64,000 nt of DNA from NCBI RefSeq assembly GCF_963676685.1, contig NC_092345.1, positions 88,536,001 to 88,600,000 of the forward strand, given 5' to 3'. Positions 12,497-23,806 of this stretch are shown here, piece after piece. The position numbers and the translations under genes are program-made. The notes beneath the pieces are model-generated. The model was not told the DNA's origin and searched no databases. It saw nothing but the letters and a program-made list of their open reading frames with translations. Source of the DNA: Mytilus edulis (taxonomy: Eukaryota). Each line of letters opens with the position of its first letter. Position 1 is the stretch's first letter.

Positions 12497-15119
12497 TTTT
12501 ATACGACCGCAAAATTTGAAAAAATTTTCGTCGTATATTGCTATCACGTTGGCGTCGGCGTCGTCATCGTCGTCGTCGTCGTCCGGCGTCCGAATACTTT
12601 TAGTTTTCGCACTCTAACTTTAGTAAAAGTGAATGGAAATCTATGAAATTTTAACACAAGGTTTATGACCACAAAAGGAAGGTTGGTATTGATTTTGGGA
12701 GTTTTGGTCCCAACATTTTAGGAATTAGGGGCCAAAAAGGGCCCAAATAAGCATTTTCTTGGTTTTCGCACTATAACTTTAGTTTAAGTTAATAGAAATC
12801 TATGAAATTTTGACACAAGGTTTATGACCACAAAAGAACGGTTGGGATTGATTTTGGGAGTTTAGGTTTCAACAGTTTAGGAATTAGGGGCCAAAAAAGG
12901 GCCCAAATAAGCATTATTCTTGGTTTTCGCACAATAACTTTAGTTTAAGTAAATAGAAATCAATGAAACTTAAACACAATGTTAATGACTACAAAAGGAA
13001 GGTTGATATTGATTTTGGGAGTTAGGTCCCAACATTTTAGGAATTAGGGGCCAAAAAGGGCCCAAATAAGCATTTTCTTGGTTTTCGCACTATAACTTTA
13101 GTTTAAGTTAATAGAAATCTATGAAATTTTGACACAAGGTTTATGACCACAAAAGAACGGTTGGGATTGATTTTGGGAGTTTAGGTTTCAACAGTTTAGG
13201 AATTAGGGGCCAAAAAAGGGCCCAAATAAGCATTATTCTTGGTTTTCGCACAATAACTTTAGTTTAAGTAAATAGAAATCAATGAAATTTAAACACAATG
13301 TTAATGACTACAAAAGGAAGGTTGATATTGATTTTGGGAGTTAGGTCCCAACAGTTTAGGAATTAGGGGCCAAAAAGGGACCCAAATAAGCATTTTTCTT
13401 GGTTTTCGCACCATAACGTTAGTATAAGTAAATAGAAATCTATGAAATTTAAACACAAGGTTTATGACCATAAAAGGAAGGTTGGTATTGATTTTGGGAG
13501 TTTTGGTCCCAACAGAATAAGGGGCCCAAAGGGTCCAAAATTAAACTTTGTTTGATTTCATCAAAATTGAATAATTGGGGTTCTTTGATATGCCGAATCT
13601 AACTGTCATGACTGTGTATGTAGATTCTTAACTTTTGGTCCCGTTTTCAAATTGGTCTACATTAAGGTCCAAAGGGTCCAAAATTAAACTTAGTTTGATT
13701 TTGACAAAAAATGAATCAGTTAAGTTCTTTGATATGCTGAATCTAAAAATGTACTTAGATTTTTGATTATTGGCCCAGTTTTCAAGTTGGTCCAAATCGG
13801 GGTCCAAAATTAAACTTTGTTTGATTTCATCAAAAATTGAATAAATGGGGTTCTTTGATATACCAAATCTAACTGTGTATGTAGATTCTTCATTTTTGGT
13901 CCTGTTTTCAAATTGGTCTACACTAAAGTCCAAAGGGTCCAAAATTAAACTTAGTCTGATTTCAACAAAAATTGAAATCTTGGGGTTCTTTGATATGCTG
14001 AATCCAAAAATGTACTTAGATTTTTTATTATGGGCCCAGTTTTCAAGTTGGTCCAAATCAGGATTTAAAATTATTATATTAAGTATTGTGCAATAGCAAG
14101 TCTTTTCAATTGCACAGTATTGTGCAATGGCAAGAAATATCTAATTTCACAATATTGTGAAATAGCAAATTTTTTTTTAATTAGAGTTATCTTTCTTTGT
14201 CCAGAATAGTAAGCAAGAAATATCTAATTGCAAAATATTGTGCAATAGCAAGATTTTTTTTTAATTGGAGTTATCTTTCTTTGTCCAGAATCAACTGAAA
14301 TCTTTGTTATATACAATATACAATGTATATTCACTTTTTACTACCAACTGATAAATTATAATAAATAACATTCAGTGATAACAAGCAGTTTTTTTTACAT
14401 CTTAATATTTTATGATGTATTTAAATGAGTAGTTATTGTTGCAAACTCCATTAGAAATTTTAATTGAGATTAGTTTTGGAATAAGGGAAAGGGGGATGTG
14501 ATTAAAAAAATTGGGTTCAATTTTTCTCATTTGAAATTTCATAAATAAAAAAGAAAATTTCTTCAAACATTTTTATGCCCCACCTACGATAGTAGAGGGG
14601 CATTATGTTTTCTGGTCTGTGCATCCGTCCGTCCGTCCGTCTGTCCGTTCGTTCGTCCGTCCGTTCATCCGTCTGTCTGTCCCGCTTCAGGTTAAAGTTT
14701 TTGGTCAAGGTAGTTTTTGATGAAGTTTAAGTCCAATCGACTTCAAACTTAGTACACATGTCCCCTATGATATGATCTTTCTAATTTTAATGCCAAATTA
14801 GAGTTTTTACCCCAATTTCACGGTCCACTGAACATGGAAAATGATAGTGCGAGTGGGGCATTCGTGTACTGAGGACACATTCTTGTTTTGAGAGGATTAA
14901 TATTCAACAGCATAGTGAATTGCTCTAAGAGAAAACAAAAATTTTAAGTTCATTAGAACACATTCATTCTGTGTCAGAAACCTATGCTGTGTCAACTATT
15001 TAATCACAATCCAAATTTAGAGCTGAATCCAGCTTGAATGTTGTGTCCATACTTGCCCCAACCGTTCAGGGTTCAACCTCTGCGGTCGTATAAAGCTACG
15101 CCCTGCGGAGCATCTGGTT
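12497..15119 (+). mobile_element. Non-autonomous Helentron/HINE-like element carrying internal satellite arrays (copy 1)
   Basis: Subterminal inverted repeat TTTATACGACCGC...GCGGTCGTATAAA; (GTC)n microsatellite near the 5' end; ~160-bp tandem units with GGGCCC sites, then ~130-bp units; T-rich insertion site with no TSD. A second copy lies inverted at 39218-41253. Confidence 0.75.
14571..14887 (+). mobile_element. Short HINE/DINE-like element nested in the larger element
   Basis: SubTIR ATGCCCCAC...GTGGGGCAT; (CGTC)n microsatellite; 3' hairpin GTGTACTGAGGACAC. The empty site (cttcaaacat-T run-gagagg) is visible in copy 2 near 39443-39465. Confidence 0.8.
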
Positions 15120-16868
15120 GTCTGTTATATTTGTTCTATGTTTATTGTTTTGTCTTAAATTGAGCTGTTGGTATTTTTGACATGCCTGCAATAAAAGTGG
15201 AAGAATGTGAGGATGGAATGCTGGTATGAACTATTGGTACAAAGCTGTGTGTTTCAGAGTGTAGAAGACCTGGATGATTCATACCTTGTATGAAGATTCC
15301 ATATATATTACAAAGTTTTATATGTCAATTGTCCTTGATCTTATTTTCATGGTTCATGGACTGCTTGAAAAAAACTATGTATTTCTGACACAATTATTTC
15401 TCACCTACTAAGAGTAATCGGATAACTATAATTAGTAAATGGGATCCTTGTTAGACATGGTTTCCCTGTCCTGAACAATATTTCTGTGATCAGTTGTTAA
15501 GGTTATGCTTTCATGTCTCTATCTCATATACTGTAGTCAGTAGGTCAGCTTTATTTGGTGTACAGAAGATATACATGTCAGTTTGACAGGTTTTATCTGA
15601 CCTTGAGTTTATTTTCAGTTTATTAGGTCAATGTTAAGTTTGTCTCTCATAGTCATCTGACCTTGACTGAATTTTCACGGATCATTGATATCAAGTTTAT
15701 GTAAAGCTTGTTATAATATAACCCTTTTCTTTAAGAAATTCAACATAAAATTGATTCATGATCAGTATATAGCCAGTTGGATATTTCAGCTTGTTCTGTT
15801 GTCTAGTATTGTTTCACATTTGGTCTTTTCATGGCCTTTTATAGCTGACTGCGTTTTGGTTTTGCTCATTGTTGAAGGCCATTTATATATGGTATCTGAT
15901 TTGCTCATTTTTGAAGATCATAGTTAGCTGCAATCTATATAATCCACATCATTTGGACTACTGTCTCAGCTAAAATCATACATATGCTTATTTAAATAAT
16001 GATCAGCAGACAATCAACTCTTTGTATGAGTATTTGTGCCTAAATCACAATTTCAATCAGTTTTGTCGTTCCTAAACACAGTGAAACAGTAGAGACAAGG
16101 AATTGCAATTTCTGAGGGCATTGACTGTGGCAGCAATCTGAAAGATTTAGGTAACCACAAATGGTATATGTCAATGAAGTTGTAACAGTGTTAGCACATC
16201 TCTTTTTCAGACGATATTATTTGATCCCGAGCCTGCAGTCCTGCTTCATTGACATTGAATGGTTTGCATAATATAAATGTTGAAGCATTGTCATTTTAAT
16301 ATCAATATTTGTATTTAAATATCAAAATCATATATAGGAAAGACATATCTCTGTGTTTATTATCATTATTTTGTCATTTATCTTTAAACCTATAATGGAT
16401 AGACAGAAACTTGGGCCAGCAAATTGTGATCAGCATGACAAAATTTTGTCTCACATAGTTTAAATTCAAAACAAATAGTCTAATCATATTGTATTCATTA
16501 TGCAAAAATGCCAAATGAGGGATACAGCCTCTTTGAAGTCTCTAAAATAAAAATAAATTTGTCGACTGAATTAATATGCACTTACTTTTCTGAAAAAGTA
16601 CACAAATGTTGATTGACTTTGAGGGTACTTATGAGCATCTACTCTTAAGAAAAATTGACATCCTAATATTCTACTTATATGAAACATGCAAAGGATTTAG
16701 TGCAAAGTTTACTTCCAAATAGAATTGAGAATGGAAATGGGGAATGCATCAAAGAGACAACAACCTGACCAGAGAGCAGAAAATAGCAGAGGACCACCAA
16801 TGGGTCTTCAAAACAGTAAAAAAATCCAGCACCCAGAGGCATGCTTCAGCTTCCAAAGCTTGTTTAAT

Positions 16869-18320
16869 ATTACTGTGCTTATCCAGTGACCATTGGGGTC
16901 TCACAATAGCAATGGCTCAAACAGTTTACCAAATTGCAGTTTGATTTCTTCTCCCACAAACTGATCAACTGGTAAAATATTTTAGCAGATTGCTCAAGTG
17001 AAATGTTGTTAATATGAAGTGAGTGCTGTAAAATCAAAAGTAATACTTACCATGCAGATCCAGTTAGTTGATATCTTTGTCATTCTTTTCAAACAAAAAA
17101 ATTATTTACTATAGTACGAGTCACTGAATAAGAAGGTATAATTTTGACATGGAAACTTCTATCATAAATAGATTTTATAAATAAATAGTTCAAACCATTC
17201 TTTTGTAGATGTATATTTTATGGCTTTGTCTTCTAAGACAAAGTTATTGTGTAATTATGATTCGTATAATATTTTCTATACAAATTACTTATCTGCTGGC
17301 ATTAAAGGGAAATAATTTTTATTGAGTTATTGAGTACACTAAAAAATTAATCAATGATACCAGGCTTATGATTTAAAAAAAATCATCAATACGTCTTGAA
17401 TAAAAAAAAAATTGAATTGCCAAATTAGGAGGAAGTTGAAGGGTATTTAGGACACAAATTACAGAGGTTTTGCCAAATACTGCTTATAAGTTATCATGTG
17501 CTCCATGGTAGAGAATCCTTAGTACTTTGAACAATACAAAGTTTTGCAAAACAGCTGTTAATCTATAATTTTACCATATCAATAAAAATTCATGTCAAAA
17601 TAAAATTACTGGCTACTGGACTGGTGACAATTTCTTAATTTACAGGGGAATTTGTATGATTTATAAAACTTTGAATGTGTTCAATAATAGGTTTTTAACA
17701 GTTTTTTTTTCAAAATTTTAATCATCTTAAAAATAAATTTCATTGTTCTTTTCAAAACAGAGGATAAAAGTTTAATAATCATAGAAATAATGTTTCAAAC
17801 AAAATAAATGAGGAAAGTTGATATTTGTCAGACAAAAATTGTGACAAAATTTTGCTGATTTTCAGTAATGTAAATTATTTCCCTTTAATGGTAGCAGATA
17901 AGTAATTGCTTTAGAAAAAAAATCCAAATTACAATTATGCACTAACTTGTTGTTGGAAAACGGAGCTATAAATAATAGACTTACAAAACAATGTTTTGAA
18001 CTATTTATTTATAAAATCTATTTATGATAGAAGTTTTCTTGTCAATATTAGACCTTCTTATTCGGTGACTCATACAATAGTGAGTCATTATTGTGTTTGA
18101 AAAGAATGACAAAGATATGAACTAACTGGATCTGCATGGTAAGTATTACTTTTGATGTTACAGCACTCACTTCATACTAACAACATTTCACTTGAGCAAT
18201 CTGCTAAATTATTTTACCAGTTGATCAGTTAGTTGGAGAAGAAATCTAACTGCAATTTGGTAAACTGTTTGAGCCATTGCTATTGTGAGACCCCAAAGGT
18301 CACTGGATAAGCACAGTAAT
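16869..18320. repeat. Long imperfect inverted repeat, arms ~16869-17320 and ~17865-18320
   Basis: tactgtgcttatccagtgacc...gggaaataattt in the left arm is the reverse complement of the right arm with scattered mismatches. Spacer ~0.55 kb. Confidence 0.9.
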
Positions 18321-19165
18321 AAAAAACTTCCAAGCTGAGAGTACATAAAATAAAAACTCAATGTAGTGGTCAACAGGAATTAACTGCTGGACAGGTCTTA
18401 AAGTAACTAATACTTTACAACACATTACAATACTATTCTTAACCAAATATCAATTCGTTCCTTAATAGAGGCTGAGAAACAAGTGACAAAATATTACTTA
18501 AATTTAATGTATAATTTAACAGCAAATACTGTTGAAACAGATCTAAAAATCACTTACACAGCACAATTCATCAAGTATTAAATCATTTCTAGCACAGAGT
18601 TATAAGTAACAAATATGGACGGATGAAAATGAAGCATACCACTCATTCTGTTTAAAAGTTACGTAATTTTTATATATAATAATTGTCAATGTAAATTTTC
18701 AACACTATCTTTAGATTAAAAACAACATATATAATCAAATTCGAGTTTGCTCACACTCAAATTTTTTTAATAATCATAACCAAATATTGGTAATTCCAGA
18801 TGAGAGTTCCTTCTAAGGAGTTATACAATGCACCAATTCATTGATTAAGTGTCATTAATGGTTCTAATGGCAAGACATTCACATACAATTCTTCTTAGAA
18901 CAATTAAAAGGTAGAAATCACAAAATGTCAGTATCATGAAAAAGTATTCTTAAAAGTTGTATTTCAACAAAACTTCAAAGCAATATGTCTGAAAAGCTTT
19001 AAAGAATTGCATAGATTTATAAATACATATGTAGTTTGATCCTTTGTAACTTCATTGTTTGTGACTGTTTTGTGACATCACTGTCACCTCAAAAGAAAAT
19101 TTACAGCTAAAATTTTAATTAAAAATTTGCTGATTTAATTCTAAAGATTGAAGGTAATTTTTCTT

Positions 19166-19330
<165 letters not shown>

Positions 19331-20294
19331 TTAAAATACAATAAAAACATTTTAATTAGATCTGATGTAATATATTATCATACATGATCTTAGTCCATTT
19401 TCAACATTTTGGACCAGAACATAATTCATGACTAAGACATTCTTTGTTGATCTAGTATGTATTGGTGATATTTTTTTCTGTTTTCAATTTTTCTGTACCT
19501 TAATTGTTTTGGTTCTAATACAAAATATTAATAAAATCATCTTTCAACGGCAATAACTTCTATATACCTGAAATAATTTACGCATTTGTACCAAATGCAT
19601 CTTTACTAGCCAAGAGCTGCAATCCACTCCCCTCCTCCCCAGGTGGAGAGAAGGGGGAGTGGATCATAACCCTTGGCTAGGTAAGACGACCAAAATGATG
19701 ATTGTATCCAAAGTTATGTCCAATTGACAAGGCAGTTGAAAGTCATACGAAACAAGTGATTGGTGAAAAATAATGTTAATCTAATTCTTGAACCGATGGA
19801 TGTATTTATATATATAGTCTTCTGTGCATGATTTTATCCTTCTTTATGCATATATATAACGTATTATTGTCAAAAAAATATTTCACTTGGGTGGTTTAAT
19901 TTGAAAATATGGCAGCTAATTAGTTGTCGTATTTTGAAGCTGAAGTTTATGGATTGTCACCTAGGTAAACAATCAACAAAAAAGCATGGTATAAGCATGG
20001 TATAAGCATGTGTAGAGCATGTACAATAAGATATACCGTAGTTTATTTCGATGACAGAATGATGCATATTGCTATCACCGTATTTTTACAAGAAAGGTCA
20101 TGCTGAGGTTATAGCATACAGGAAACATTTTGGTAGAAGTTAAGAATGACACCAGACAAGATTGGTGACGGTGGATGACAAGTGATACGAAAAGCTCACA
20201 TGAGCCTTTAATAAAAAATTTTGTAAATAACCATTTTTGAAATAAGCCTAATATTTATACAAGTTATATGTAATCATTTAATATAATTATTTAC

Positions 20295-20381
20295 CTGTTT
20301 TGATGTAAACCCTATGACATTAAATAATGGCTTCTGTATGTCGATGTCGTCTTCATTTTCTGCATACCTATTTTGCCATGC
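20295..20381 (-). CDS. CCDC148: CCDC148 exon (AWQNRYAENEDDIDIQKPLFNVIGFTSKQ)
   Basis: GT-AG boundaries; QKPLF motif. Confidence 0.9.
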
Positions 20382-20693
20382 CTGCAATAGTTTTTATATA
20401 TATGTTAAAATAAAAGAGACAGATAAAATAGAAAGGTCTGAGATTAATTCATCAAAGAGATATGTTTGTTGCAAATACTGTTATCAAATAATTTGTTGAG
20501 AATGATATTCACCAACACTCATGCAATGACTAGTTTTTATGTACAGCAATGTTTTGAAAACACATGAACACCAGTTAATGTCATCTTTGGAAACAAAACT
20601 ACTATTTACAGTAATATTTGAGAGTATTGTAAGCTAGCTTTGGTAACATTCTACATAGAAAGTTATCTTGCTACATATGATAACTCAACTTAC

Positions 20694-20744
20694 CTCAGTT
20701 TGTTGTAATATCCTGTGTGGATCACTTTCAGCTACAACCCGTAC
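20694..20744 (-). CDS. CCDC148: CCDC148 exon (VRVVAESDPHRILQQTE)
   Basis: GT-AG boundaries; matches VAVVAQFDPVRMM. Confidence 0.88.
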
Positions 20745-21069
20745 CTGTGAATTAATAAATAAAATAAAAGTTGACTATATGGTAGGGTAGGTATCTTTTA
20801 TGTTAACTATGTTGTATAAGAAAGATTTACACTAGACCTGTTATTATTTAGGTACACTTATAGGTAACCAATTTCCAATGTCATATGTGATATCTTTACA
20901 GTCTTAAAATATAACACTCATTTTGTGCATAGGAATTTTATCCATTTTCACATTTATAGAATAGATCATTTAATTTTTGTTGCAGGAATCCAATCCTCTG
21001 GAAATCATCAAATTTATATAATTTATAATATGAATTGTGTCTATAAGAATTATAGGAAGATGTTCTAGA

Positions 21070-21837
21070 TGTCACCGGATATATTTATCCATTTTGGTTC
21101 ATTATTATGCATTTCATATTAATTGTGTTTTCCGTGTTATATGTTTTCCATTCATATCATATTCATATTTCATATCATCATGTTTCTTGACGATTGACGA
21201 CAATAGTTTTGCGCTGCATATTTTGAAATAGACTATAGCTTTATACGCTATGCTTTGCTTTACGTACTCAATATTTAAATTAGTACAATAGAAAGTTAAA
21301 GCGATTCTTATTATTTAAATGATATATATTTATATTTAAATAGCATGAGTTTTGCATGAGCTCAAAGCGCGGCAATACTAACCATATATATATTAATACA
21401 ATTTCACTTTTAAAGTTAGTCACTGGTCATTATTACAATCGGGGAGGCGGCAGACTAATGTCTACGCTGCAGGTACTTGTAAATTTATTTATTCTTTTAG
21501 CAATGTTTAAATTAAAGTAAAGTTATTTTAGTATTTCATATATAGAATTCAGTATGGCTTGAAAGCCGCATTTTGGTATATAAGTTAAGGTCAGAATAAA
21601 GCTCCGTTGCATGCAAATATTTCAGTATAGATATTGTTCATATTTATTGGAACATAATTGTAAACTTGGGTTACAATTTGTATACTTGCAGATTATATAA
21701 TAAAGTATTTATATATTGGACGACTCATTAAATGCAGAAATGGCCCACACGCATTACAACGACAAGTTTATGGGTTTATGGTGATTTATCCCTCATCCCA
21801 AGTCGATTTTATATGGTGTTCCATTCTTCCTGCGACA
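21070..21837 (+). repeat. 5' LTR (768 bp)
   Basis: TGTCACC...GCGACA; direct repeat of 29064-29840. Confidence 0.97.
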
Positions 21838-21840
21838 TTT

Positions 21841-21858
21841 TGGAGGTTCCACCGAGAT
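21841..21858 (+). promoter_or_regulatory. Primer-binding site complementary to the 3' end of tRNA-Gln
   Basis: TGGAGGTTCCACCGAGAT, 3 nt after the LTR, is the reverse complement of the eukaryotic tRNA-Gln 3' end ATCTCGGTGGAACCT-CCA. Confidence 0.9.
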
Positions 21859-22607
21859 CGTCCAACGTTTATTGTTATACAGTCAAATTCGAGAAAATGG
21901 TTCCGGAACAATTAGTACCGCTACTTCATGGTGAGACAACAACCACTTGTCAACTTTGATGTCAGCAACTGCTTTATATATTGTGAATTTACGACTGTGA
22001 AACCCTGTTGTTTGAAAGGTATATTTGAAATTCATATTTCTTATAGTGCGCATATCTACCGGGAAGCTCATACTACATCATGTAAATATGTTTGATGTTA
22101 TTTATTATTAGTGAAAGTCAATTTACAAATTTCAACTGAAACATGCACGGTCAGCATACCTGTGAAGGTGAATGTGTATTGCTTTATCACGTGACAACCT
22201 AGACATAGAAGGAATTTAATCGATCAACGTTCCGCACGGATGGAGATTTTTACAACTGTTGCCGGTGAACTGTAGTAGTATTTATTTGACATTCATTTAT
22301 GAAAACAAACTGTTATAAATATTTATTGATTTAAAAATTCATTGTGTTTTATTGTTTGAATATATTTTATCATCTTTACTGTATTTTACAGATTTGATTA
22401 TTGTTTGTGCATGAATAGAAGCACGCACCTGATTTAACAAGTTACGCACTAATAGTTACAGCAGCGACGTAAGAAAGCGACTTGCATTGACACAGACATA
22501 TGAGTAAGTTCATCATCATTACATCATTTTCATTTCATTCATGTGTATTGTCCTTGTTTTGTTTTGTTTATTTTGTGTTGTTTTTGTCGTTGGTTAAAGT
22601 TCAAGTG

Positions 22608-23747
22608 ATGGCTGAAGCGGAGTCAAAACAAGGTTTAAAAACTGAACCTAAGATTTCAGAAGAACACGTTCAGAAAATGATTGAGTTTTTGAATCATAAT
22701 ACAAGCTTTAGAGTTGTAACATCAGATGAGTTTGATAAATTAAGTAGTGAGAAGCATGTATCTTTTGGACATAGTACTCCTATAAGGGGAACTACTGCTC
22801 ATACTAAGCCTCCTTTGGCACCTGTTAGGTCTTCGTCTATAGCAAGAGTGGCAACTTATGCTGCAGGTTTTGGTAATAATACTACCGTTTCTTGTTCAAA
22901 CTCTTCATATGCAAAACCCAAGATACCTGTATTTTCTGGGGAAGAAAAAAGTGAAGTGTCTTTTGACGTATGGAAGTTCGAAGTTAAATGTATAATACGG
23001 GAAGGTAATTATACAGATACTATATTATTGCAGTGTATAAGAGGGTCCCTAAAAGGTAAAGCTAGGGGTTTATTGTTATCACTCCCAGATGGGGCTACAC
23101 CCACACAGATTATTGAAAAATTAGATGGGATATATGGAAATGTGTTCAGTAGTGAAGCATTGCTTCAAAAGTTTTACATGGAAACTCAGAAACAAGGTCA
23201 GTCTGTTGCTGATTATGGTATGAGACTTGAAGATATTGCCCAAAAAGCTGTTGAAAAAGGTCAAATTAGCTCACAGGCTAAAAACGACATGCTTAGATCA
23301 AAGCTGTGGTCAGGTCTCAGAGATCCCCTTTTGAAAAATGCTAGTCGTTATAAATACGATACTGTTGAAAAATTTGATCAGTTATTAAAAGAGATCCGAT
23401 CTATTGAATTGGACTTATCAAATTATGCCTCAGGTTCTGACAATAAGATTCAACATCAACCTGCGGTTGTTGAACAGTCAGGTATGCAAGAGATGATTAA
23501 GTCCATGAAGCTCTTGAATACTAGAATGGAATCATTTGAGGGAGAGTTAAAGAAATTAAAAGAAAGTAAACCTGATGATCATACAAGTTCGTCAAATAGT
23601 CAGTTTCGTGGCCAAGGTCGCGGGAACTATCGAGGGTCTGATAGAAGGGGTAGATTTAATAATAACCGTGGCTGGCGTGGCCGTGGTTATACAGGAAACC
23701 AACAAAACCAGAATTATAATTCTCAGACGAGGGGTTTAAACGGGTAA
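22608..23747 (+). CDS. gag: Gag, PNMA-like capsid with an RG-rich C-terminus (frame is also open from ATG 22500)
   Basis: FSGEEK...FDVWKFEV...IRGSLKGKA...Q..GQSVADYGMRLE capsid motifs; no CCHC knuckle. MAEAES at 22608 is the likelier start. Confidence 0.9.
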   Translation: MAEAESKQGLKTEPKISEEHVQKMIEFLNHNTSFRVVTSDEFDKLSSEKHVSFGHSTPIRGTTAHTKPPLAPVRSSSIARVATYAAGFGNNTTVSCSNSSYAKPKIPVFSGEEKSEVSFDVWKFEVKCIIREGNYTDTILLQCIRGSLKGKARGLLLSLPDGATPTQIIEKLDGIYGNVFSSEALLQKFYMETQKQGQSVADYGMRLEDIAQKAVEKGQISSQAKNDMLRSKLWSGLRDPLLKNASRYKYDTVEKFDQLLKEIRSIELDLSNYASGSDNKIQHQPAVVEQSGMQEMIKSMKLLNTRMESFEGELKKLKESKPDDHTSSSNSQFRGQGRGNYRGSDRRGRFNNNRGWRGRGYTGNQQNQNYNSQTRGLNG

Positions 23748-23806
23748 AGGTCTCGGTTGAGGGACAAACCAGAGACTTATATAGGCCTGAGAATGTGCCT
23801 AGTCCC
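23735..23806 (+). promoter_or_regulatory. -1 programmed ribosomal frameshift signal (slippery heptamer plus pseudoknot)
   Basis: T TTA AAC at 23735-23741 in gag phase. Stem AGGTCTCGGTT (23748-23758) pairs with AACCAGAGACTT (23767-23778); loop GGGAC can pair with GTCCC at 23802-23806. pol is in the -1 frame and open from the slip site. Confidence 0.85.

Noticed and set aside
13628-14096. ORFs inside the satellite arrays (also 39971-40470)
   Set aside because: Translations of tandem repeat units, present in both element copies with frame changes.
21037-21231. LTR ORFs (also 29007-29225) and short antisense or alternate-frame ORFs within pol
   Set aside because: They start outside the LTR at non-ATG codons or shadow the pol frame; no motifs.
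22500-22607. Hydrophobic N-terminal Gag extension as a membrane anchor
   Set aside because: It is encoded by a T-rich tract directly after a perfect splice donor. The ATG is better explained as the start of the spliced ORF3 mRNA, though an extended Gag is not excluded.
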